A stretch of DNA of 35,229 bases from an uncultured Bacilli bacterium (lineage in GTDB: Bacteria; Bacillota_I; Bacilli_A; RF39; UBA660), in contig CALVQS010000003.1 of the NCBI GenBank assembly GCA_944358165.1, forward strand, positions 1 through 35,229, given 5' to 3'. A model generated the notes under the pieces. The model was not told the DNA's origin, made no database searches, and was given only the letters and a program-made list of their open reading frames with translations. Positions within the stretch are counted from its first letter, which is position 1, and the number at the start of each line of letters is the position of its first letter. Positions 9,408 through 19,291 of the stretch are shown piece after piece. The translations under genes were made by a program, and so were the position numbers.

Positions 9408-11153
9408 ATGGTTACGGATGAAGAAATAGAGAAAATTCGCAAAAGTGCCAATATCATTGATATTATATCTAGTTATATTCCTCTTACTCAAAAAGGAAAG
9501 AATTACTTTGGAGTTTGTCCTTTTCATGAAGATCATTCTCCTAGTATGAGTGTATCCGAAGAAAAACAAATTTATAAATGCTTTTCTTGTGGTGCAGCGG
9601 GTAATGTTTTTACTTTTGTGAGTGAATATGAAAATGTTAAGTTTTTAGAAGCGGTAAAAATTGTTGCAGATAAATGTGGTATTCCTTTTCATGGGCAAGT
9701 TCGAAGAGAAAAGCCAAAGGCTCATGCTGAAGATTATGAGATTATGAATCTTTCTTTGAAATTTTATCAGAATAATTTAAATAGTGTCGAAGGTGTAAAA
9801 GCAAAAGAATATTTACAAAAAAGAAGTCTTGGCGAAGATGTGATTAAAGATTTTGATTTAGGGTTAGCAATTGGCGGAGATTATTCTTTAAATAAACTTC
9901 TTACTAATAAAAAATATTCTTTGGAGGCCATAGAAAAGTTAGGACTTGCAAATGAGAGAAACGGTTTTATTAATGATGTTTTTCAAAGAAGAATTATGTT
10001 TCCTATTCATGATTTAGATGGAAATGTGGTTGGATTTACTGGAAGAATTTATGAAGATAGTGATCAGGCAAAATACATAAATTCAAAAGAGTCCGAAATA
10101 TTTAAAAAAGGACAGATTTTATTTAATTATCACCGAGCGAAACAAGAAATAAAAAGAAAAAAAGAAGTTATTCTGGTAGAAGGAAATATGGATGCAATTC
10201 GCATGTATTCCTCTGGTATTAAAAATGTAGTTGCTCTAATGGGTACAAGTCTTACTAGTGAGCAAGTAAGAATTATTAAAGGACTTCGAGCCAAGATTAT
10301 TTTGATGTTTGATAATGACTCGGCAGGAGAGATTGCTACTTATCAAAATGGAACAATTTTAGAAGAGGCAAATTTAGTTCCTTATGTGGTAAGATTAAGT
10401 GGTGAAAAAGATCCAGATGAATATATCATTAAAAATGGAGTAGAAGCAATTTTAGAAAATATTCGTAGTCCTATTTCATTTTTGGATTTTAAACTTAAAT
10501 ATTTTAAGAAAGATAAAGATTTAAATAAAGTAGATGATTTGGCGAGTTATATTAAAGAAATCATTAAAGACTTGAAAAATATAAATGATCCTTTAACAAA
10601 AGAACTTACTTTAAAAAAAATTAGTGAAGATTATCAGGTGTCACTTGATTTACTTCGTGGAGAGTTAAATAAACTGGAAGTAAAAAAAGAGGTAGAAGTA
10701 CCTCAAAAAAAGCTTGCCAAAACCAAACTTTCGAAGTATGATAAAGCTTGTGAAAACATTATTTATTTTATGATGAATGATGGAAAGTATGTTGAACTCT
10801 TTAAAAAAGAGTTGGGATATTTTAATGAAAAGAAATATCGAAATTTAGCAAACGAAATTATTTATTATTATGAAGCTCAAGGGGGAATGGATTTTAGTGC
10901 TTTTATATCATTTATTAGTACAAAAGATTACATATATGATGATGCAATGGAAATAATAAAAAGGAATAAAGCAGAAGAATTTGATCGTAATGCTTTTGAA
11001 GAATTTATTTTGGTTGCTAAAAAAGAAATGGCAAAAGAAGAAATAAAAGAATTAAAAAGGAAAATTGCTAATTCGATGGATGCAAATGAGGAAATTGAAT
11101 TAGCACAAAAATTAGTAAATTTAAAAAAAGGATGTGTAGGTAATGGAAAATAA
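9408..11153 (+). CDS. dnaG: DNA primase
   Basis: Zinc finger CPFH…CFSC, RIMFPI, KYINS, TOPRIM VEGNMD and FDNDSAG, KDPDE. Confidence 0.97.
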   Translation: MVTDEEIEKIRKSANIIDIISSYIPLTQKGKNYFGVCPFHEDHSPSMSVSEEKQIYKCFSCGAAGNVFTFVSEYENVKFLEAVKIVADKCGIPFHGQVRREKPKAHAEDYEIMNLSLKFYQNNLNSVEGVKAKEYLQKRSLGEDVIKDFDLGLAIGGDYSLNKLLTNKKYSLEAIEKLGLANERNGFINDVFQRRIMFPIHDLDGNVVGFTGRIYEDSDQAKYINSKESEIFKKGQILFNYHRAKQEIKRKKEVILVEGNMDAIRMYSSGIKNVVALMGTSLTSEQVRIIKGLRAKIILMFDNDSAGEIATYQNGTILEEANLVPYVVRLSGEKDPDEYIIKNGVEAILENIRSPISFLDFKLKYFKKDKDLNKVDDLASYIKEIIKDLKNINDPLTKELTLKKISEDYQVSLDLLRGELNKLEVKKEVEVPQKKLAKTKLSKYDKACENIIYFMMNDGKYVELFKKELGYFNEKKYRNLANEIIYYYEAQGGMDFSAFISFISTKDYIYDDAMEIIKRNKAEEFDRNAFEEFILVAKKEMAKEEIKELKRKIANSMDANEEIELAQKLVNLKKGCVGNGK

Positions 11154-12276
11154 TGAAGAAAAGACAGCGCAAAAAATTGTCGAAATTAAATCATTAGAAG
11201 ATCGTATTAAGGATTTAATTGAAATTGGTAAAAAGCAAAAGTATGTTACTTTTGAACAATTAGTTGAGAGTCTTAAAGGACTTGATATGGATAATGATTC
11301 CTTAGATGAAATTTATAATACTCTAATGGAAAATGATATTCAAATTATAGCAGAAGGAGAAGAAAATGCAACGGATGAAGATGGAGTTCCTAAAAATTTA
11401 GAAGAACCAATCATATTAGATGATGATGAAATTACAAAGGATATTAATATTAATGATCCTGTTCGTATGTATTTAAAAGAAATTGGTCGTATTAGTTTAC
11501 TTTCTCCTGAAGAAGAACTTGAATTAAGTGAAAAAGTAGCAGCAGGAGATGAAGAAGCAAAAAATAAACTTGCTGAATCTAACTTACGTTTAGTTGTTAG
11601 TATTGCTAAAAGATATGTTGGTAGAGGTTTATTATTTCTGGATCTTATTCAAGAGGGTAATATTGGACTTATGAAAGCTGTTGATAAATTTGATAGCGAT
11701 AAAGGTTATAAGTTTTCTACTTATGCGACATGGTGGATTAGACAAGCAATTACTAGGGCTTTAGCTGATCAAGCAAGAACGATACGTGTTCCTGTTCATA
11801 TGGTGGAAACAATTAATAAAATGAGTCGTATTCAAAGACAACTTACTTTGGAATTAAATCGTGAACCTAGTGAAGAAGAACTTGCTAAAAAAATGGGTAT
11901 TAGTGTCGAAAAGGTTCGTGAAGTTATTAAAATTAGTCAAGAGCCAGTATCTTTAGAAACACCAATTGGTGAAGAAGATGATTCTCATCTTGGAGATTTC
12001 ATTAAAGATGAATCTAGTATGTCACCAGAAGAATATGCAACAAATGAAATTTTAAAAGAAGAAATTAAGAGTGTACTTATGACTTTACAAGTAAGAGAAC
12101 AAGAAGTACTAGAACTTCGTTTTGGTCTTATTGATGGAACTTGTCATACTTTGGAAGAAGTTGGTAAGAAATTTAATGTTACTAGGGAGCGTATTCGTCA
12201 GATTGAAGCAAAAGCTTTACGCAAGTTACGTCATCCATCAAGAGCAAAGAAGTTAAAGGATTTCTTATCTGATTAA
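11143..12276 (+). CDS. rpoD: RNA polymerase primary sigma factor
   Basis: [40 protein letters not shown] and [10 protein letters not shown]; directly follows dnaG. Confidence 0.98.
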   Translation: MENNEEKTAQKIVEIKSLEDRIKDLIEIGKKQKYVTFEQLVESLKGLDMDNDSLDEIYNTLMENDIQIIAEGEENATDEDGVPKNLEEPIILDDDEITKDININDPVRMYLKEIGRISLLSPEEELELSEKVAAGDEEAKNKLAESNLRLVVSIAKRYVGRGLLFLDLIQEGNIGLMKAVDKFDSDKGYKFSTYATWWIRQAITRALADQARTIRVPVHMVETINKMSRIQRQLTLELNREPSEEELAKKMGISVEKVREVIKISQEPVSLETPIGEEDDSHLGDFIKDESSMSPEEYATNEILKEEIKSVLMTLQVREQEVLELRFGLIDGTCHTLEEVGKKFNVTRERIRQIEAKALRKLRHPSRAKKLKDFLSD

Positions 12277-12911
12277 TGATGAATCAAAAATTAAAGACTA
12301 TTGCTTCTTTCATTAGTAAAGATGATGTCGTACTTGATACTTGTTGTGATCATGCTTATTTAGCGATTTATTTAAAGAAATTTCAGTTATGTAAAGAAGT
12401 ATATGCGAGCGATATTAATATTCATGCTTTAGATGTTGCTAAAAAAAATATTCAAGCTGCAAATTTAAATATCACAACTTATTTATCAGATGGATTTAAA
12501 AGTATTAAGAATTCTGATATTAATACCGTTGTTATTGCAGGAGTTGGTGCTAATACCGTACTTGATATTATTTCCTATGCTCCTAGTAATATTACTAAAT
12601 ACATTATTAGTAGCAATAATCATCAAGAAGAATTAAGAAATGAATTATATCAGATGGGCCTTTATATTCAAAAAGAAGTAGTTATTTATGAGAAAAAGAA
12701 ATTTTATGTTATTATGCTCGTTACAAAAGACTATGTAAAAGAAAATAAAATTACTTTAAAATATGGGAAAAGTAAAAATAAAGATTATTATCTTTCTTTA
12801 TTAAAAAAAGAACAGGAAGTTTTAGAAAAAGTTCCTAAGAAAAAAGTTATGAAAAAATTAAAACATTTACATAATATAAAGATTTTAAAAAGAATTATAA
12901 AAAGAATTTAG
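12276..12911 (+). CDS. trmK: tRNA (adenine22-N1)-methyltransferase
   Basis: DTCCDHAYLAI, SDGF and IAGVG; conserved position after rpoD in Firmicutes. Confidence 0.85.
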   Translation: MMNQKLKTIASFISKDDVVLDTCCDHAYLAIYLKKFQLCKEVYASDINIHALDVAKKNIQAANLNITTYLSDGFKSIKNSDINTVVIAGVGANTVLDIISYAPSNITKYIISSNNHQEELRNELYQMGLYIQKEVVIYEKKKFYVIMLVTKDYVKENKITLKYGKSKNKDYYLSLLKKEQEVLEKVPKKKVMKKLKHLHNIKILKRIIKRI

Positions 12912-13158
12912 GATTATTGTTGGATATTACTTGATTTATAGTAGTATCTTTTTTTGTGGTATTGGCTGTATTCGTATTTGTGGTTCCTTTTTCTTTTCCA
13001 AATTCTCTTAGTGTTCCTAAAATCGTTTTAGCATTATTTATCATAGGCTTTGCTTCTTTATATATTGGTATTACTTGATTGGCAACATTTAATGTTTTTG
13101 AAATACCTGATAAAACTTTGGTAAAAGACAAGCCTGTTCCATATGGATTTCCAAACAT
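12895..13158 (-). CDS. YqfQ/VrrA-like protein (spore-associated family)
   Basis: Helical core KTLNVANQVIPIYKEAKPMINN, low-complexity T/N linker and C-terminal PKFFL; neighbours trmK as yqfQ does in Bacillus. Start ATG 13158 follows AGGTGA. Confidence 0.6.
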   Translation of the reverse strand: MFGNPYGTGLSFTKVLSGISKTLNVANQVIPIYKEAKPMINNAKTILGTLREFGKEKGTTNTNTANTTKKDTTINQVISNNNPKFFL

Positions 13159-13481
13159 GATTATCACCTAATTTAGTATATGCGAAAGAATTATTTTAAA
13201 GTTATTTTTTCATCAATTTTACCTAGAAGATAATCAGCAGAAATATGATATTTTGAACAGATAGTATATAGGAATGGAGTATGAATACTGTGAACAAAAC
13301 TTCTGATTCTTGTTGTATTCATAAATATGTTGCTTTGAAGTAAACTAAGGTGGAGATACGTTAAAAACGAGTCTATAGATGGAGCGATTTCTTTGCAATT
13401 CGGCTTACATGCCGACGCGCCAATTTAATTTTTTGATACTAATATTTAATAGATATATTAAAGTAAATTTTATATTTTCAT

Positions 13482-13563
13482 CTTGCCTATAGTGCGTTTT
13501 TTCCTTTATCTATAGGCAAGTTAAATAGAGTGAAGTTTATTGGTACTTACTTCACTCTTTTTT
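13482..13563 (+). ncRNA. Candidate structured small RNA 3' part: hairpin plus intrinsic terminator
   Basis: 11-bp stem CTTGCCTATAG/CTATAGGCAAG with a pyrimidine-rich loop, then 10-bp stem AGAGTGAAGT/ACTTCACTCT and a T-run; no long + strand CDS upstream to terminate. Confidence 0.45.
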
Positions 13564-13626
13564 GCGTTTAGGGTAGAAGTATGATATTTTTTATGATATA
13601 ATTTGGTAAGAATAGGAAAGATAACT

Positions 13627-15144
13627 ATGAAGATATTATTAGCGCCTTTTACATTTATTGTTAGTTTTATTGAGCATTTCTTTATTGGGGTTAAGTTTGT
13701 TTTCTTTGATGCTTGGTATAATTTAATAATGTATTATAAAGATAAGAATGAATTTAAGAGAAGAGAACAAGGCGAATTAGTACAGGAAGTTTCTTCTAAT
13801 AGCGCTAGTGATGATGAAGAAGAAATGCATGTTCTTAGTATTGATGAAAAGAATCGGATTGCTTTAGAAAAAAAAGAATTAATGAGGGAAATGCAATTAG
13901 AAATTAATTCTCGGAAAGTTAGTAAAGATTATTATAATTATTGGGGTACAGATAAGACTGGTAAAAAGATTAAAGGTATGATGAGTGCTACTAATAAAAT
14001 GACTTTACATAACTTTTTAGCAAATGAAGGTATTGATGTTTATCAAATAAAAAAGGCTGGTATGGCTAATTTCTTAAAGAAGATTGGACTTGATGAAGAA
14101 CGGGAAATGAGTAGTAAAGATTTAATTTTTTGGCTTACACAAGTATGTACTTATTTAAAAGCTGGTCTTACTTTAAATGATACGATTCATATTATGATGG
14201 AACAAGCAAAGAAAGATCCTAAGAAAAAAAGACTTTATGAAGCAATTAGTTATGAACTTACTTTAGGAGAAAGTTTTAGTACTGCTTTGGAAAATCAAGG
14301 AAAAGTTTTTCCACCACTTCTTATAAATATGATTAAGAGTGCCGAAGCAACAGGGGAAATTATTAAAACATTAGATGATATGGCGAGTTATTATACAGAG
14401 ATTGATAAGACACGTAAAGAAATGATTAGTGCGATTATTTATCCAACTATTTTACTTGTTTTTGCAATTGCTATTTTAACTTTTATTATGGTTTATGTTA
14501 TTCCAGAATTTATTCGTATTTATGATCAAGCGGGAATTGTGGTTAGTGGATTTACTTTAACGATTATTAATATTAGTAAATATATTACATCTCATATTGA
14601 TGTTATCTTAATTGTTGCTTTCTTAGTAATTCTTTTCTTGCTACTTCTTTATAAGAAAAGTAAAATTATTCGAAAAGCCATTCAAAGTTTTGGTATGCAT
14701 ACTCCATTCTTTGGTAAAATAATTATTTATCATGAATTAACATTATTTACTAAGACTTTTGCTAGTTTGCTTCGAAATAGTGTTTATATTACGAGTAGTA
14801 TGGAAATCTTATCTCGTATTACCAATAATGAAGTATATAAAGATATTATGATGGAAACTATTAGTAATATTGCCAGAGGTGAGAAAATTAGTAAATCTTT
14901 CTATCATAAATGGTGTGTTCCAGATGTAGCATACTACATGATTGTAACAGGAGAAGCAACAGGGGAATTGTCTTTGATGATGGAGAAAGTAGCTAGTTAT
15001 TTTAATGATTTACATAAATCAAGAGTTACTAATTTAAAAAGTTTTTTGGAACCAATTATGATTGTTGTTTTAGCCCTTATTGTTGGAGTTGTTATTTTAG
15101 CAGTCGTTATACCAATGTTTAGTTTGTATGGACAGATAGGATAG
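13627..15144 (+). CDS. pilC: Type II secretion F / PilC-family pilus platform protein with an N-terminal extension
   Basis: YLKAGLTL, GESFSTAL…FPPLLINMIKSAEATG, AIIYP, GEATGEL and LEPIMIV…IPMF. Extended -10 TGnTATAAT at 13594-13602; start ATG 13627. Confidence 0.88.
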   Translation: MKILLAPFTFIVSFIEHFFIGVKFVFFDAWYNLIMYYKDKNEFKRREQGELVQEVSSNSASDDEEEMHVLSIDEKNRIALEKKELMREMQLEINSRKVSKDYYNYWGTDKTGKKIKGMMSATNKMTLHNFLANEGIDVYQIKKAGMANFLKKIGLDEEREMSSKDLIFWLTQVCTYLKAGLTLNDTIHIMMEQAKKDPKKKRLYEAISYELTLGESFSTALENQGKVFPPLLINMIKSAEATGEIIKTLDDMASYYTEIDKTRKEMISAIIYPTILLVFAIAILTFIMVYVIPEFIRIYDQAGIVVSGFTLTIINISKYITSHIDVILIVAFLVILFLLLLYKKSKIIRKAIQSFGMHTPFFGKIIIYHELTLFTKTFASLLRNSVYITSSMEILSRITNNEVYKDIMMETISNIARGEKISKSFYHKWCVPDVAYYMIVTGEATGELSLMMEKVASYFNDLHKSRVTNLKSFLEPIMIVVLALIVGVVILAVVIPMFSLYGQIG

Positions 15145-15152
15145 GTGATATC

Positions 15153-15809
15153 ATGATTATTTGGTTATTTTTAATCGGTTTTGTTTTAGGACTGGGATAT
15201 GCTTTTATTGGAGAAAAACTTCCTTTGTTTGTACCAGAAGTAATTGAAAAAGAAAGCAATTCCTGGATATTAAATCTTTTTATTGGGGTTTTAAATGCCT
15301 TAGTTTTATTGGTTAGTTATTATACGTTTGGAATTAGTTATGAGTTTTTTGCTTCTTTAATTATAGCAGGACTGGTATTTATTATTTTTATTAGTGATTT
15401 TAAGTATATGATTATATTAGATAGTCCTTTAATTATTGGTGGGCTTTTTATCCTTATTTTTAGAGCTTATTTTTATGGATTTAAGAATATGGGACTTAGT
15501 GTTTTATCTGGAGTTGTTTTGTTTTTATTAATGCTTTTTATTGGGTTTATCGGCAAAAAAATATTTAAGAGAGAAGCACTGGGTGGAGGCGATGTTAAAC
15601 TTGCTGGTATTATGGGTATTATTTTAGGATTGAAGCTTGGACTTGTTGCTATTATTTTATCTAGTTTACTTGCTCTTCCTTATGCAGCGGGTGCTATGTT
15701 GCTTAATAAGGATAGTGAAGTTCCATTTGGACCATTTTTAATTGCTAGTATGGCTATTGTGTTTATTTTCTCAGAAAAGTTTTCTAATTTAATTGCTTTT
15801 TTGTTTTAA
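15153..15809 (+). CDS. Prepilin peptidase (A24 family), lacking the N-terminal Cys-cluster domain
   Basis: Catalytic ISDFK (Asp) and LGGGDVKL, plus VPFGPFL; follows pilC. Confidence 0.88.
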   Translation: MIIWLFLIGFVLGLGYAFIGEKLPLFVPEVIEKESNSWILNLFIGVLNALVLLVSYYTFGISYEFFASLIIAGLVFIIFISDFKYMIILDSPLIIGGLFILIFRAYFYGFKNMGLSVLSGVVLFLLMLFIGFIGKKIFKREALGGGDVKLAGIMGIILGLKLGLVAIILSSLLALPYAAGAMLLNKDSEVPFGPFLIASMAIVFIFSEKFSNLIAFLF

Positions 15810-15847
15810 AAGGTTTATAATAGCCTCTAAATTGAAGGGGTTTTTGT

Positions 15848-16816
15848 ATGAAAGATTACTTAAGTTATACAGGAGATTTTAGTAAATTATCTAAGAAAGA
15901 TTTAGAGTATCTTTTTATTCTACTAAAAGATTATAAACTAAAATATCAGGAAAGTTTGGGTTTAGACGAAAATATTAGTTTTGGAGTGGAATTAGAGTTT
16001 GAAGATGTACTGCTTTATTATGTAAAAAAAGAATTTAGCAAATATCCTTCTTTTTCTTCTTGGATTGTTCATGATGATGAAAGTTGTTCTTATAATATTG
16101 ACGGTTTTTCTGTAGGTGGCGAAGTATCTTCACCTATTTTACATGACGCATCAATTGATTGGAAAATACTTTCCCATGTTTTATTAACACTTCAAAAATT
16201 GAAGGCACATCCTACTGATCAAACAAGTTTGCATGTTCATGTGGGAAGTCATATTTTTGGAGAAGATATTAAAAATGTAATTCGTTTTGTTAAGGTTTGG
16301 TGTATTTTTGAACATGTTATTTTTAAATTTGCTTATGGTAAGTCTAGTGAGGCAAGACCAAATATTTTGTATTTTGCGCATCCAATTAGTGATGCTTTAA
16401 AATTAAAGTGTAAGTTTATTCCTGGCTTTTTAGAAAATATGATTATTCCGAAAGAATTAGGCTTTGACAAGAAATGGGCAATTAATTTTAAAAATTATCA
16501 TTATTTATCAAGTGAAGAAGAAGTAAATAATACGATTGAGTTTCGAATTGCAAATGGCACATTAGATCGAACCATTATTCAAAATACCATTCATTTTTAT
16601 TTAAAATTAATGCTTTATGTGATGAGTGATGAATATGATGAGGAGCTTATTAATCGTTTGTTTTTACGATTAAAACCAAAGAGTTTTGAACAATTTGAAG
16701 GAATTTATATTAAAGATGCATTAAAACTTGTTGATTTAATTTTTGAGGAAAGTGTTGATAAAATTAATTTTTTAAAACAATATGTTAAAAAAGATGAAAA
16801 CGTTTTTATTAGGTAA
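15848..16816 (+). CDS. Amidoligase family protein (COOH-NH2 ligase fold)
   Basis: FGVELEF, GGEVSSPIL, SLHVHVG, KWAINF and TIEFRIANGTL. Confidence 0.82.
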   Translation: MKDYLSYTGDFSKLSKKDLEYLFILLKDYKLKYQESLGLDENISFGVELEFEDVLLYYVKKEFSKYPSFSSWIVHDDESCSYNIDGFSVGGEVSSPILHDASIDWKILSHVLLTLQKLKAHPTDQTSLHVHVGSHIFGEDIKNVIRFVKVWCIFEHVIFKFAYGKSSEARPNILYFAHPISDALKLKCKFIPGFLENMIIPKELGFDKKWAINFKNYHYLSSEEEVNNTIEFRIANGTLDRTIIQNTIHFYLKLMLYVMSDEYDEELINRLFLRLKPKSFEQFEGIYIKDALKLVDLIFEESVDKINFLKQYVKKDENVFIR

Positions 16817-16879
16817 TGTTATGCTTGTAAAATAAAGGAAATTAAGGTATAATATTAGCAGTTTGAAAGGATGTAAGAA

Positions 16880-18127
16880 ATGAAAAACGTAAAAGAAATT
16901 ACAATTACTATTGGAGGTGAAGATTGGCAAAAGGCTCTTGATAAGTCTTTTAAGAAGAAAAATAAAGAAGTACAAATTGATGGATTCCGTAAAGGTACTG
17001 CTCCAAAAGAAGTTTATATTAAGAATTTTGGATTAGAATCTTTATTTATGGAAGCGGTTGATTTGGTTATGGATGAAGCTTATAGTAAAGCTTTAGAAGA
17101 AGCTAAAGATTTACCGGTTGTAGAGCCAAAGTTAGATATTAAAGAAATTAATGAAAATAAAGTTACTTTTGTATTTACTATTATTAGTAAACCAGAAGTT
17201 ACTTTGGGTGAATATAAGAAATTAGGCTTGAAGAAAGAAAAAGCAAAAGTTACTAAAGAAGAAATTGATGCCGAAGTAAAAAGAATTCGTGAAGAGTTTG
17301 CCGAAATTGTTCCTAAAGAAGATGGAGCTGTTGAAGTTGGAGATACAGCCGTTATTAATTTTGAAGGATTTGTTGATGGCAAGGCATTAGATGGTGGTAA
17401 AGGAGAAAATTACCCACTTGAAATTGGATCTCATACCTTTATTCCTGGATTTGAAGAGGGAGTTGTTGGTATGAAGCTTAATGAAGAAAAAGACTTAGAC
17501 TTAAAATTCCCAGATGATTATGTAGCAGATTTAAAGGGTAAAGAAGTTAAATTCCATGTTACGGTAAAAGAAATTAAACAAAGAATTATTCCTGAATTAA
17601 ATGAAGATTTCTATCAAGATTTAGGCTATGATAATATTAAGACCGAAGAAGAATTCTTAAGCGAAGTAGAAAAGGTATTGCTTGAACGTAAAAATGCCGA
17701 AATTGATGATGAATTCTTAGAAAAATGTTTGGATAAAGCTAGTAGTAATATGAAAGTAGAAATTAATCCAGAAATTATTGATGAAGAAGTACATAGAATG
17801 ATTCATCAATTTGAAGAACAACTTAAGATGCAAGGAATTAAGATGGAAGACTATATGGCTATTACTGGTGTTACTCATGAAAAATTACATGAACAAATGG
17901 AACCAGAAGCTACTAAGAGAATTAAATACCGTTATTTATTAGAAGCAATCGCTGATGAAGAAAAGATTGACTTTAGTGATGAAGAAGTAAAAGCTAGATC
18001 TAAAGAAATGGCTGAAAATTATGGAATTACAGAAGAAGAATTATTAAAGGCTTATGGATCTTTAGATATTGTTAAATATGATATGAAGATGCATAAAGCT
18101 ATGGAAATATTAAAAGAAAATAATTAA
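16880..18127 (+). CDS. tig: Trigger factor
   Basis: Ribosome-binding motif IDGFRKGTAP and FKBP domain INFEG…LEIGSHTFIPGFEE. Confidence 0.97.
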   Translation: MKNVKEITITIGGEDWQKALDKSFKKKNKEVQIDGFRKGTAPKEVYIKNFGLESLFMEAVDLVMDEAYSKALEEAKDLPVVEPKLDIKEINENKVTFVFTIISKPEVTLGEYKKLGLKKEKAKVTKEEIDAEVKRIREEFAEIVPKEDGAVEVGDTAVINFEGFVDGKALDGGKGENYPLEIGSHTFIPGFEEGVVGMKLNEEKDLDLKFPDDYVADLKGKEVKFHVTVKEIKQRIIPELNEDFYQDLGYDNIKTEEEFLSEVEKVLLERKNAEIDDEFLEKCLDKASSNMKVEINPEIIDEEVHRMIHQFEEQLKMQGIKMEDYMAITGVTHEKLHEQMEPEATKRIKYRYLLEAIADEEKIDFSDEEVKARSKEMAENYGITEEELLKAYGSLDIVKYDMKMHKAMEILKENN

Positions 18128-18153
18128 GGAAGTTGAAATGACTTCTTTTTTTT
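18127..18153 (+). terminator. Intrinsic terminator after tig
   Basis: AGGAAGTT-GAAA-TGACTTCT followed by a long T-run. Confidence 0.75.
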
Positions 18154-18182
18154 GTTAAAATTATACTGGAAAGAGTGATAAG

Positions 18183-19190
18183 ATGGCTAACTTTAAATAT
18201 TTAATAGGTAGAATTATGAAAATGGATTATAAGAATATGATTCATAAAATTAATAGTATTCATAAAAAGACTGGCAAAAGTCGTATTTCTATTTTTAATG
18301 ATATGAGGGAATGTGCGGTTAAATATGGTGCTGGATATTCTGATTATGATTTATTTGAAATGTATAATTTAACGGATGAAGAACGGGATACTTATATTAC
18401 TAGAGGTAGAAATAATGAATTAATTAAGAAATATAATAATCCAGAATATAATCATATATTTCGTAATAAAGTAGAGTTTAATACGAATTTTAAAGATTTT
18501 ATTAAGAGAGATTTTATTGATGTAAATCATTCTTCAAAAGAAGATGTAGTAAAGTTTATGAAGAAACATTCTATTTTTATGGCAAAACCTGTTAGTGGTA
18601 CTTGTGGTAAAGGAATTGAAAAGATCAATACTCATGATTATGATAGTTTAGATGAAGTCTATGATTATTTGACTAGTGAAGGTATGAATTATGAATTAGA
18701 AGAAGTGATTAAGCAAAGTGATGCTGTAAATAAAATTTATCCTGGTTCTATTAATACCGTTCGAATTGTTACCATTGTAGATGATGGTGTTCCATATGTT
18801 ATTTGTGCTTATTTTCGGATTGGCAATGGAAAATACGTTGATAACTTTAATAGTGGCGGAATGGTAGCTCCTGTAAATGAAGAAACTGGAGAAGTAATTG
18901 ATAAAGCGATTGATAAGAAAAAGAATCTTTATGAAAGGCATCCAGCGACCAATGAGATTATTAAAGGATTTCGTTTTCCTGATTGGGATAAAGCTATCTC
19001 GATGGTTAAAAAGGCTGCTTTAGTAGTACCGGAAATGCATTATATTGGCTGGGATGTATGTTTTTCTTCGAAAGGCCCTATTTTAGTAGAGGGAAATGAA
19101 TACCCTGGACATGACATTTATCAGCTTCCAGAACATACTCATAATAAGGTTGGAATATGGCCAAAGTTTACGAAAGCTTTTAAAAAATAA
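18183..19190 (+). CDS. Sugar-transfer-associated-type ATP-grasp ligase
   Basis: NKVEF, AKPVSGTCGKGI, EEVIKQ, SINTVRIVT, VDNFNSGG and IGWDV…LVEGN. Confidence 0.82.
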   Translation: MANFKYLIGRIMKMDYKNMIHKINSIHKKTGKSRISIFNDMRECAVKYGAGYSDYDLFEMYNLTDEERDTYITRGRNNELIKKYNNPEYNHIFRNKVEFNTNFKDFIKRDFIDVNHSSKEDVVKFMKKHSIFMAKPVSGTCGKGIEKINTHDYDSLDEVYDYLTSEGMNYELEEVIKQSDAVNKIYPGSINTVRIVTIVDDGVPYVICAYFRIGNGKYVDNFNSGGMVAPVNEETGEVIDKAIDKKKNLYERHPATNEIIKGFRFPDWDKAISMVKKAALVVPEMHYIGWDVCFSSKGPILVEGNEYPGHDIYQLPEHTHNKVGIWPKFTKAFKK

Positions 19191-19291
19191 ATTTAGAAAT
19201 TTTTGGTAAATATTTTGTGCAAATTGGGTAGACAAAAAGGAAAATTCTATTTATAATAGTAAGAAAAGTTTTGATGGGAGTGATTAACTTT

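Noticed and set aside
13341-13360. T-box-like AACTAAGGTGGAGATACG
   Set aside because: Lacks the TGGNACC bulge, has no adjacent terminator/antiterminator pairing, and the downstream gene is not amino-acid related.
13395-13422. GGCTTAC resembling the RNase P 3' motif, and a tRNA/tmRNA-like CGCCA end
   Set aside because: No GAGGAAAGUC partner, no TTCRA loop, and no D or anticodon arms.
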